NCBI RefSeq assembly: GCF_006345805.1
Contig: NC_043025.1
Span: 3,038,001-3,102,000 of the forward strand
Reading direction: 5' to 3'
Source of the DNA: Octopus sinensis
Lineage: Eukaryota
DNA length: 64,000 bases
Made by a program: the position numbers and the translations under genes. The notes under the pieces are model-generated. The model worked only from the letters and a program-made list of their open reading frames with translations, was not told the origin of the DNA and did no database searches. Positions 1 through 11,908 of the stretch are shown piece by piece. Position 1 is the first letter of the stretch. The number at the start of each line of letters is the position of its first letter.

Positions 1-3000
1 ACAGCCAATGCGAGAGCCTCCGAGACTGCTGAACAACGGGCACTCCGCAATACACAGAACGCGGCTGCTACTGCCAATGCGAGAGCCTCCGAGACTGCTG
101 AACAACGGGCACTCCGCAATACACAGAACGCTGCTGCTACTGCCAATGAGAATGACTGCTGAACAACGATAACTCCGCAATACACAGAACGCTGCTGCTA
201 CTGCCAATGCGAGATCCTCCGAGACTGCTGAACAACGGGCACTCCGCAATACACAGAACGCTGCTGCTACTGCCAATGCGAGAGCCTCCGAGACTGCTGA
301 ACAACGGGCACTCCGCAATACACAGAACGCGGCTGCTAAGCCAATGCGAGAGCCTCCGAGACTGCTGAACAACGGGCACTCCGCAATACACAGAACGCTG
401 CTGCTACTGCCAATGCGAGAGCCTCCGAGACTGCTGAACAACGGGCACTCCTCGATACACAGAACGCGGCTGCTACTGCCAATGCGAGAGCCTCCGAGAC
501 TGTTGAACAACGGGCACTCCGCAATACACAGAACGCGGCTGCTACTGCCAATGCGAGAGCCTCCGAGACTGCTGAACAACGGGCACTCCTCGATACACAG
601 AACGCGGCTGCTACTGCCAATGCGAGAGCCTCCGAGACTGCTGAACAACGGGCACTCCGCAATACACAGAACGCTGCTGCTACTGCCAATGCGAGAGCCT
701 CCAAGACTGCTGAACAACGGGCACTCCTCGATACACAGAACGCGGCTGCTACTGCCAATGCGAGAGCATCCTAGACTGCTGAACAACGGGCACTCCGCAA
801 TACAGAGAACGCGGCTGCTACTGCCAATGCGAGAGCCTCCTAGACTGCTGAACAACGGGCACTCCTCGATACACAGAACGCGGATGCTACTGCCAATGCG
901 AGAGCCTCCGAGACTGCTGAACAACGGGCTCTCCGCAATACACAGAACGCTGCTGCTACTGCCAATGCGAGAGCCTCCGAGACTGCTGAACAACGGGCAC
1001 TCCGCAATACACAGAACGCTGCTGCTACTGCCAATGCGAGAGCCTCCGAGACTGCTGAACAACGGGCACTCCTTGATACACAAAACGCGGCTGCTACTGT
1101 CAATGCGAGAGCCTCCGAGACTGCTGAACAACGGGCACTCCTCGATACACAGAACGCTGCTGCTACTGCCAATGCGAGAGCCTCCGAGACTGCTGAACAA
1201 CGAGCACTCCGCAATACACAGAACGCTGCTGCTACTGCCAATGCAAGATCCTCCGAGACTGCTGAACAACGGGCACTCCGCAATACACAGAACGCTGCTG
1301 CTACTGCCAATGCGAGAGCCTCCGAGACTGCTGAACACCGGTAACTCCGCAATACACAGAACGCGGCTGCTACTGCCAATGCGAGAGCCTCCGAGACTGC
1401 TGAACAACGGTAACTCCGCAATACACAGAACGCTGCTGCTACTGCCAATGCGAGAGCCTCCGAGACTGCTGAACAACGGGCACTCCGCAATACAGAGAAC
1501 GCTGCTGCTACTGCCAATGCTAGAGACTGCTGAACAACGGTAACTCCGCAATACACAAAACGCTGCTGCTACTGCCAATGCGAGATCCTCCGAGGCTGCT
1601 GAACAACGGGCACTACGCAATACACAGAACGCTGATGCTACTGCCAATGCGAGATCCTCCGAGACTGCTGAACAACGGGCACTCCGCAATACACAGAACG
1701 CGGCTGCTACTGCCAATGCGAGAGCCTCCTAGACTGCTGAACAACGGGCACTCCTCAATACACAGAACACTGCTGCTACTGCCAATGCGAGAGCCTCCGA
1801 GACTGCTGAACAACGGGCACTCCGCAATACACAGAACGCTGCTGCTACTGCCAATGCGAGAGCCTCCGAGACTGTTAAACAACGGGCACTCCTCAATACA
1901 CAGAACGCGGCTGCTACTGCCAATGCGAGAGCCTCCGAAACTGCTGAACAACGGGCACTCCTCGATACACAGAACGCGGCTGCTACTGCCAATGCGAGAG
2001 CCTCCGAGACTGCTGAACAACGGGCACTCCGCAATACACAGAACGCGGCTGCTACTGCCAATGCGAGGTTCTCCGAGACTGCTGAACAACGGGCACTCCG
2101 CAATACACAGAACGCTGCTGCTACTGCCAATGCGAGATCCTCCGAGACTGCTGAACAACGGGCACTTCGCAATACACAAAACGCTGCTGCTACTGCCAAA
2201 GCAAGAGTCTCCGAGACTGCTGAACAACGGGCACTCCGCAATACACAAAACGCTGCTGCTAGTGCCAAAGCAAGAGCCTCCGAGACTGCTGAACAACGGG
2301 CACTCCGCAATACACAAAACGCTGCTGCTACTGCCAATGCGAGAGCCTCCGAGACTGCTGAACAACGGGAACTCCGCAATACACAAAACGCTGCTGCTAC
2401 TGCCAAAGCAAGAGTCTCCGAGACTGCTGAATAACGGGCACTCCGCAATACACAGAACGTTGCTGCTACTGCAAATACGAGATCCTCCGAGACTGCTGAA
2501 CAACGGGCACTCCGCAATACACAGAACGCTGCTGCTACTGCCAATGCGAGATCCTCCGAGACTGCAGAACAACGGGCACTCCGCAATACACAGAACGCTG
2601 CCGCTAATGCCAATGCGAGAGTCTCCGAGACTGCTGAACAACGGGCACTCCGCAATATACAGAACGCTGCTGCTACTGTTAATGCGAGGGCCTCCGAGAC
2701 TGCTGAACAACGGGCACTCCGCAATACACAAAACGCTGCTGCTATTGCCAATGCGAGAGCCTCCGAGACTGCTAAACAACGGGCACTCCTCAATACACAG
2801 AACGCGGCTGCTACTGCCAATGCGAGAGCCTCCGAGACTACTGAACAACGGGCACTCCGCAATACACAGAACGCTGCTGCTACTGCCAATGCGAGAGCCT
2901 CCGAGACTGCTAAACAACAGGCACTCCTCAATACACAGAACGCGGCTGCTACTGCCAATGCGAGAGCCTCCGAGACTGCTGAACAACGGGCACTCCGCAA

Positions 3001-6000
3001 TACACAGAACGCTGCTGCTACTGCCAATGCGAGAGCCTCCGAGACTGTCGAGCAACGGGCACTCCGCAATATACAGAACGCTGCTGCTAGTGTTAATGCG
3101 AGAGCCTCCGAGACTGCTGAACAACGGGCTCTCCGCAATACACAGAACGCTGCTGCTACTGCCAATGCAAGATCCTCCGAGACTGCTGAACAACGGGCAC
3201 TCCGCAATACACAGAACGCTGCTGCTACTGCCAATGCGAGAGCCTCCGAAACTGCTGAACAACGGTAACTCCGCAATACACAGAACGCGGCTGCTCCTGC
3301 CAATGCGAGAGCCTCCGAGACTGCTGAACAACGGTAACTCCGCAATACACAGAACGCTGCTGCTACTGCCAATGCGAGAGCCTCCGAGACTGCTGAACAA
3401 CGGGCACTCCGCAATACACAGAACGCTGCTGCTACTGCCAATGCGAGAGACTGCTGAACAACGGTAACTCCGCAATACACAAAACGCTGCTGCTACTGCC
3501 AATGCGAGATCCTCCGAGACTGCTGAACAACGGGCACTACGCAATACACAGAACGCTGATGCTACAGCCAATGCGAGAGCCTCCGAGACTGCTGAACAAC
3601 GGGCACTCCGCAATACACAGAACGCGGCTGCTACTGCCAATGCGAGAGCCTCCTAGACTGCTGAACAACGGGCACTCCTCAATACACAGAACACTGCTGC
3701 TACTGCCAATGCGAGAGCCTCCGAGACTGCTGAACAACGGGCACTCCGCAATACACAGAACGCTGCTGCTACTGCCAATGCGAGAGCCTCCGAGACTGTT
3801 AAACAACGGGCACTCCTCAATACACAGAACGCGGCTGCTACTGCCAATGCGAGAGCCTCCGAGACTGCTGAACAACGGGCACTCCTCGATACACAGAACG
3901 CGGCTGCTACTGCCAATGCGAGAGCCTCCGAGACTGCTGAACAACGGGCACTCCGCAATACACAGAACGCGGCTGCTACTGCCAATGCGAGGTTCTCCGA
4001 GACTGCTGAACAACGGGCACTCCGCAATACACAGAACGCTGCTGCTACTGCCAATGCGAGATCCTCCGAGACTGCTGAACAACGGGCACTTCGCAATACA
4101 CAAAACGCTGCTGCTACTGCCAAAGCAAGAGTCTCCGAGACTGCTGAACAACGGGCACTCCGCAATACACAAAACGCTGCTGCTAGTGCCAAAGCAAGAG
4201 CCTCCGAGACTGCTGAACAACGGGCACTCCGCAATACACAAAACGCTGCTGCTACTGCCAATGCGAGAGCCTCCGAGACTGCTGAACAACGGGAACTCCG
4301 CAATACACAAAACGCTGCTGCTACTGCCAAAGCAAGAGTCTCCGAGACTGCTGAATAACGGGCACTCCGCAATACACAGAACGTTGCTGCTACTGCAAAT
4401 ACGAGATCCTCCGAGACTGCTGAACAACGGGCACTCCGCAATACACAGAACTCTGCTGCTACTGCCAATGCGAGAGCCTCCGAGACTGCTAAACAACGGG
4501 CACTCCTCAATACACAGAACGCGGCTGCTACTGCCAATGCGAGAGCCTCCGAGACTGCTGAACAACGGGCACTCCGCAATACACAGAACGCTGCTGCTAC
4601 TGCCAATGCGAGAGCCTCCGAGACTGTCGAACAACGGGCACTCCGCAATATACAGAACGCTGCTGCTAGTGTTAATGCGAGAGCCTCCGAGACTGCTGAA
4701 CAACGGGCACTCCGCAATACACAGAACGCGGCTGCTACTGCCAATGCGAGACCCTCCGAGACTGCTAAATAACGGGCACTCCGCAATACACAGAACGCTG
4801 CTGTTACTGTCAAAGCAACAGCCTCCGAGACTGCTGAACAACGGGAACTCCGCAATACACAGAACGCTGCTGCTACTGCCAATGCGAGAGACTGCTGAAC
4901 AACGGTAACTCCGCAATACACAAAACGCTGCTGCTACTGCCAATGCGAGGTTCTCCGAGACTGCTGAACAACGGGCTCTCCGCAATACACAGAACGCTGC
5001 TGCTACTGCCAATGCGAGAGCCTCCGAGACTGCTGAACAACGGGCACTCCTCGATACACAGAACGCTGCTGCTAGTGCCAAAGCAAGAGCCTCCGAGACT
5101 GCTGAACAACGGGCACTCCGCAATACACAGAACGCTGCTGCTACTGCCAATGCGAGAGCCTCCGAGACTGCTGAACAACGGGTTCTCCGCAATACACAGA
5201 ACGCGGCTGCTACTGCCAATGCGAGATCCTCCGAGACTGCTGAACAACGGGCACTCCTCGATACACAGAACGCGGCTGCTACTGCCAATGCGAGAGCCTC
5301 CGAGACTGCTGAACAACGGGCACTCCGCAATACACAGAACGCGGCTGCTACTGCCAATGCGAGGTTCTCCGAGACTGCTGAACAACGGGCACTCCGCAAT
5401 ACACAGAACGCTGCTGCTACTGCCAATGCGAGATCCTCCGAGACTGCTGAACAACGGGCACTTCGCAATACACAAAACGCTGCTGCTACTGCCAAAGCAG
5501 AGTCTCCGAGACTGCTGAACAACGGGCACTCCGCAATACACAAAACGCTGCTGCTAGTGCCAAAGCAAGAGCCTCCGAGACTGCTGAACAACGGGCACTC
5601 CGCAATACACAAAACGCTGCTGCTACTGCCAATGCGAGAGCCTCCGAGACTGCTGAACAACGGGAACTCCGCAATACACAAAACGCTGCTGCTACTGCCA
5701 AAGCAAGAGTCTCCGAGACTGCTGAATAACGGGCACTCCGCAATACACAGAACGTTGCTGCTACTGCAAATACGAGATCCTCCGAGACTGCTGAACAACG
5801 GGCACTCCGCAATACACAGAACGCTGCTGCTACTGCCAATGCGAGATCCTCCGAGACTGCAGAACAACGGGCACTCCGCAATACACAGAACGCTGCCGCT
5901 AATGCCAATGCGAGAGTCCTCCGAGACTGCTGAACAACGGGCACTCCGCAATATACACAGAACGCTGCTGCTACTGTTAATGCGAGGCCTCCGAGACTGC

Positions 6001-9000
6001 TGAACAACGGGCACTCCGCAATACACAAAACGCTGCTGCTATTGCCAATGCGAGAGCCTCCGAGACTGCTAAACAACGGGCACTCCTCAATACACAGAAC
6101 GCGGCTGCTACTGCCAATGCGAGAGCCTCCGAGACTACTGAACAACGGGCACTCCGCAATACACAGAACGCTGCTGCTACTGCCAATGCGAGAGCCTCCG
6201 AGACTGCTAAACAACAGGCACTCCTCAATACACAGAACGCGGCTGCTACTGCCAATGCGAGAGCCTCCGAGACTGCTGAACAACGGGCACTCCGCAATAC
6301 ACAGAACGCTGCTGCTACTGCCAATGCGAGAGCCTCCGAGACTGTCGAGCAACGGGCACTCCGCAATATACAGAACGCTGCTGCTAGTGTTAATGCGAGA
6401 GCCTCCGAGACTGCTGAACAACGGGCTCTCCGCAATACACAGAACGCTGCTGCTACTGCCAATGCAAGATCCTCCGAGACTGCTGAACAACGGGCACTCC
6501 GCAATACACAGAACGCTGCTGCTACTGCCAATGCGAGAGCCTCCGAAACTGCTGAACAACGGTAACTCCGCAATACACAGAACGCGGCTGCTCCTGCCAA
6601 TGCGAGAGCCTCCGAGACTGCTGAACAACGGTAACTCCGCAATACACAGAACGCTGCTGCTACTGCCAATGCGAGAGCCTCCGAGACTGCTGAACAACGG
6701 GCACTCCGCAATACACAGAACGCTGCTGCTACTGCCAATGCGAGAGACTGCTGAACAACGGTAACTCCGCAATACACAAAACGCTGCTGCTACTGCCAAT
6801 GCGAGATCCTCCGAGACTGCTGAACAACGGGCACTACGCAATACACAGAACGCTGATGCTACAGCCAATGCGAGAGCCTCCGAGACTGCTGAACAACGGG
6901 CACTCCGCAATACACAGAACGCGGCTGCTACTGCCAATGCGAGAGCCTCCTAGACTGCTGAACAACGGGCACTCCTCAATACACAGAACACTGCTGCTAC
7001 TGCCAATGCGAGAGCCTCCGAGACTGCTGAACAACGGGCACTCCGCAATACACAGAACGCTGCTGCTACTGCCAATGCGAGAGCCTCCGAGACTGTTAAA
7101 CAACGGGCACTCCTCAATACACAGAACGCGGCTGCTACTGCCAATGCGAGAGCCTCCGAGACTGCTGAACAACGGGCACTCCTCGATACACAGAACGCGG
7201 CTGCTACTGCCAATGCGAGAGCCTCCGAGACTGCTGAACAACGGGCACTCCGCAATACACAGAACGCGGCTGCTACTGCCAATGCGAGGTTCTCCGAGAC
7301 TGCTGAACAACGGGCACTCCGCAATACACAGAACGCTGCTGCTACTGCCAATGCGAGATCCTCCGAGACTGCTGAACAACGGGCACTTCGCAATACACAA
7401 AACGCTGCTGCTACTGCCAAAGCAAGAGTCTCCGAGACTGCTGAACAACGGGCACTCCGCAATACACAAAACGCTGCTGCTAGTGCCAAAGCAAGAGCCT
7501 CCGAGACTGCTGAACAACGGGCACTCCGCAATACACAAAACGCTGCTGCTACTGCCAATGCGAGAGCCTCCGAGACTGCTGAACAACGGGAACTCCGCAA
7601 TACACAAAACGCTGCTGCTACTGCCAAAGCAAGAGTCTCCGAGACTGCTGAATAACGGGCACTCCGCAATACACAGAACGTTGCTGCTACTGCAAATACG
7701 AGATCCTCCGAGACTGCTGAACAACGGGCACTCCGCAATACACAGAACTCTGCTGCTACTGCCAATGCGAGAGCCTCCGAGACTGCTAAACAACGGGCAC
7801 TCCTCAATACACAGAACGCGGCTGCTACTGCCAATGCGAGAGCCTCCGAGACTGCTGAACAACGGGCACTCCGCAATACACAGAACGCTGCTGCTACTGC
7901 CAATGCGAGAGCCTCCGAGACTGTCGAACAACGGGCACTCCGCAATATACAGAACGCTGCTGCTAGTGTTAATGCGAGAGCCTCCGAGACTGCTGAACAA
8001 CGGGCACTCCGCAATACACAGAACGCGGCTGCTACTGCCAATGCGAGACCCTCCGAGACTGCTAAATAACGGGCACTCCGCAATACACAGAACGCTGCTG
8101 CTACTGTCAAAGCAACAGCCTCCGAGACTGCTGAACAACGGGAACTCCGCAATACACAGAACGCTGCTGCTACTGCCAATGCGAGAGACTGCTGAACAAC
8201 GGTAACTCCGCAATACACAAAACGCTGCTGCTACTGCCAATGCGAGGTTCTCCGAGACTGCTGAACAACGGGCTCTCCGCAATACACAGAACGCTGCTGC
8301 TACTGCCAATGCGAGAGCCTCCGAGACTGCTGAACAACGGGCACTCCTCGATACACAGAACGCTGCTGCTAGTGCCAAAGCAAGAGCCTCCGAGACTGCT
8401 GAACAACGGGCACTCCGCAATACACAGAACGCTGCTGCTACTGCCAATGCGAGAGCCTCCGAGACTGCTGAACAACGGGTTCTCCGCAATACACAGAACG
8501 CGGCTGCTACTGCCAATGCGAGATCCTCCGAGACTGCTGAACAACGGGCACTCCTCGATACACAGAACGCGGCTGCTACTGCCAATGCGAGAGCCTCCGA
8601 GACTGCTGAACAACGGGCACTCCGCAATACACAGAACGCTGCTGCTACTGCCAATGCGAGGTTCTCCGAGACTGCTGAACAACGGGCACTCCGCAATACA
8701 CAGAACGCTGCTGCTACTGCCAATGCGAGATCCTCCGAGACTGCTGAACAACGGGCACTTCGCAATACACAAAACGCTGCTGCTACTGCCAAAGCAAGAG
8801 TCTCCGAGACTGCTGAACAACGGGCACTCCGCAATACACAAAACGCTGCTGCTAGTGCCAAAGCAAGAGCCTCCGAGACTGCTGAACAACGGGCACTCCG
8901 CAATACACAAAACGCTGCTGCTACTGCCAATGCGAGAGCCTCCGAGACTGCTGAACAACGGGAACTCCGCAATACACAAAACGCTGCTGCTACTGCCAAA

Positions 9001-10816
9001 GCAAGAGTCTCCGAGACTGCTGAATAACGGGCACTCCGCAATACACAGAACGTTGCTGCTACTGCAAATACGAGATCCTCCGAGACTGCTGAACAACGGG
9101 CACTCCGCAATACACAGAACGCTGCTGCTACTGCCAATGCGAGAGCCTCCGAGACTGCTAAACAACGGGCACTCCTCAATACACTGTTACTGTCAAAGCA
9201 ACAGCCTCCGAGACTGCTGAACAACGGGAACTCCGCAATACACAGAACGCTGCTGCTACTGCCAATGCGAGAGACTGCTGAACAACGGGCACTCCGCAAT
9301 ACACAAAACGCTGCTGCTACTGCCAATGCGAGGTTCCGAGACTGCTGAACAACGGGCTCTCCGCAATACACAGAACGCTGCTGCTACTGCCAATGCGAGA
9401 GCCTCCGAGACTGCTGAACAACGGGCACTCCTCGATACACAGAACGCTGCTGCTAGTGCCAAAGCAAGAGCCTCCGAGACTGCTGAAGAACGGGCACTCC
9501 GCAATACACAGAACGCTGCTGCTACTGCCAATGCGAGAGCCTCCGAGACTGCTGAACAACGGGCACTCCGCAATACACAGAACGCTGCTGCTACTGCCAA
9601 AGCAAGAGTCTCCGAGACTGCTGAACAACGGGCACTCCTCGATACACAGAACGCTGCTGCTAGTGCCAAAGCAAGAGCCTCCGAGACTGCTGAACAACGG
9701 GCACTCCGCAATACACAGAACGCTGCTGCTACTGCCAATGCGAGAGCCTCCGAGACTGCTGAACAACGGGCACTCCGCAATACACAGAACGCGGCTGCTA
9801 CTGCCAATGCGAGATCCTCCGAGACTGCTGAACAACGGGCACTCCGCAATACACAGAACGCTGCTGCTACTGCCAATGCGAGAGCCTCCGAGACTGCTGA
9901 ACAACGTGCACTCCTCGATACACAGAACGCGGCTGCTACTGCCAATGCGAGAGCCTCCGAGACTGCTGAACAACGGGCACTCCGCAATACACAGAATGCT
10001 GCTGCTACTGCCAATGCGAGGTTCTCCGAGACTGCTGAACAACGGGTACTCCGCAATACACAGAACGCTGCTGCTACTGCCAATGCGAGATCCTCCGAGA
10101 CTGCTGAACAACGGGCACTCCGCAATACACAAAACTCTGCTGCTACTGCCAAAGCAAGAGTCTCCGAGACTGCTGAACAACGGGCACTCCGCAATACACA
10201 AAACGCTGCTGCTACTGCCAATGCGAGAGCCTCTGAGACTGCTGAACAACGGGCACTCCGCAATACACAGAACGCTGCTGCTACTGCCAATGCGAGAGCC
10301 TCCGAGACTGCTGAACAACGGGCACTCCGCAATACACAAAACGCTGCTGCTACTGCCAAAGCAAGAGCCTCCGAGACTGCTGAACAACGGGCACTCCGCA
10401 ATACACAGAACGCTGCTGCTACTGCCAATGCGAGAGCCTCCGAGACTGCTGAACAACGGGCACTCCGCAATACACAGAACGCTGCTGCTACTGCCAATGC
10501 GAGAGCCTCCGAGACTGCTGAACAACGGGCACTCCACAATACACAAAACGCTGCTGCTAGTGCCAAAGCAAGAGCCTCCTAGACTGCTGAACAACGGGCA
10601 CTCCTCGATACACAGAACGCGGCTGCTACTGCCAATGCGAGAGCCTCCGAGACTGCTGAACAATGGGCACTCCGCAATACACAGAACGCGGCTGCTACTG
10701 CCAATGCGAGAGCCTCCGAGACTGCTGAACAACGGGCACTCCGCAATACACAGAACGCTGCCGCTACTGCCAATGCGAGAGTCTCCGAGACTGCCGAACA
10801 CCGGGCACTCCGCAAT
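1..10816 (+). repeat. 69-bp tandem satellite array (~157 units, open at window start) derived from a 23-aa STPR-like coding repeat
   Basis: Consensus GCCAATGCGAGAGCCTCCGAGACTGCTGAACAACGGGCACTCCGCAATACACAGAACGCTGCTGCTACT repeated head to tail. Occasional ~62-bp units lacking part of GCCTCCG occur near 1518, 3442, 4882, 6739, 8179 and 9264. ORFs 3502..4908 and 6799..8205 translate identically (period 3297 bp). Confidence 0.98.
9326..10582 (+). pseudogene. Stop-free stretch of ~18 STPR-like 23-aa repeats (N-terminal repeat region of a Helitron RepHel protein)
   Basis: Translates as (ETAEQRALRNTQNAAATANARAS)n with the E1-T2-x-E4-x-R6-x-x-R9 pattern of STPR repeats. It is in the same frame as the downstream helicase. 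Confidence 0.7.
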
Positions 10817-10819
10817 TAA

Positions 10820-11908
10820 AAAACTTGCAGCATTGGCAAAAATTCAGAGGAAGCTGAAGTTCTTAGACAGTGCCGTCTCATTGTATGGAATGAATGCACA
10901 ATGGCCAATAAGGGTGCCCTTGAAGCACTGGACCGGTCACTGAAAGATATAAGGAATTCTACAGCTTTTATGCTTTCAGGAGATTTCCGGCAAACCCTTC
11001 TTGTCATCCCTAAAGGGAGCAGGGCTGATGAAGTGCGCGCATGCCTTAAGTCATTCACGTTGTGGCCCCAGGTTAAGACGTTAAGCCTAAGCACAAACAT
11101 GCGTGTGCACTTGCTTGGTGATAGCACGTCTGCGGCATTTGCTGAAAACATTTTAACCCTTGGGGAAGGCAAGGTCCCTAGGAATGATAGGGGTGACATA
11201 TCCATCTCTGAACTGTGCAACACCGTGGACATCCCTTCCGATCTTTTGGAAACAGTGGTCCCCAATCTGGAAAGTAATTATGCAGACATCAATTGGCTCA
11301 GTAAAAGAACCATCCTGGCCCCTAAAAAGGTAACTTTCAGTGCTATCAACGACCAGCTCCTAAGTCGAATTCCGGGTGAAGAGCGCATCTACAAATCGAT
11401 TGACCGGACCTTTGACCCCCAAGACATTGTCAATTACCCTATCGAGTTCCTCAACTCATTGGAGCCAGCAAGTCTTCCACCTTACATTCTTAGGCTAATG
11501 GTTGGATGCCCAATTATGCTAATCAGAAACTTGCTTCCGCCTAAACAGTGCAATGGGACCCGCTTAATAGTCAAGCCCCTGACTCCCCACTTGATTGAGG
11601 CCACCATTGTTACAGGGTGTGGGAGGGGTGAACATATTTTCATTTCATGGATGCACCTTTATCCCTAGGGATCAGACATGCCGTTTAACTCCCGCAGATC
11701 GCAGTTCCCAGGGAGACCATGCTTTGCCATGTCCATCAACAAATCTCAAGGCCTATCACTATCGGTGACAGGCATCCATTTGGGCGATCCATGTTTTTCA
11801 CATGGGCAACTTTATGTGGCCTGCTCCCGTGTGGGGAGTAGAAACGCTCTTTTTGTGTATGCTCCTCAGGGCAGAACACGCAATGTTGTCTATAGCGAAG
11901 TTTTATAG
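10820..11908 (+). pseudogene. PIF1-family (Helitron) helicase, C-terminal part, decayed
   Basis: Motifs seen: TCSIGKNSEEAEVLRQCRLIVWNECTM (Walker B DE changed to NE), LSGDFRQTL, LSTNMR, ILAPK, GCPIMLIRNL, CNGTRL, FAMSINKSQG, FSHGQLYVACSRV, TRNVVYSEVL. One in-frame TAG at 11666-11668. Walker A and the Rep/HUH domain are absent. Confidence 0.93.

Noticed and set aside
1-10816. CRISPR array
   Set aside because: The units are contiguous with no unique spacers, there are no cas genes, and the context is eukaryotic.
344-10943. Long (MREPPRLLNNGHSAIHRTLLLLP)n ORFs and the antisense ALALAVAAAF and IGSSSSVLC ORFs as real genes
   Set aside because: The unit length is a multiple of 3 and four of six frames lack stops, so long ORFs arise automatically. 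Many common variants change amino acids in the MREPP frame, and that frame is out of phase with the helicase.
10901-11908. Functional host PIF1 gene
   Set aside because: No Walker A, Walker B changed from DE to NE, an internal stop, no introns, and a Helitron terminus downstream.
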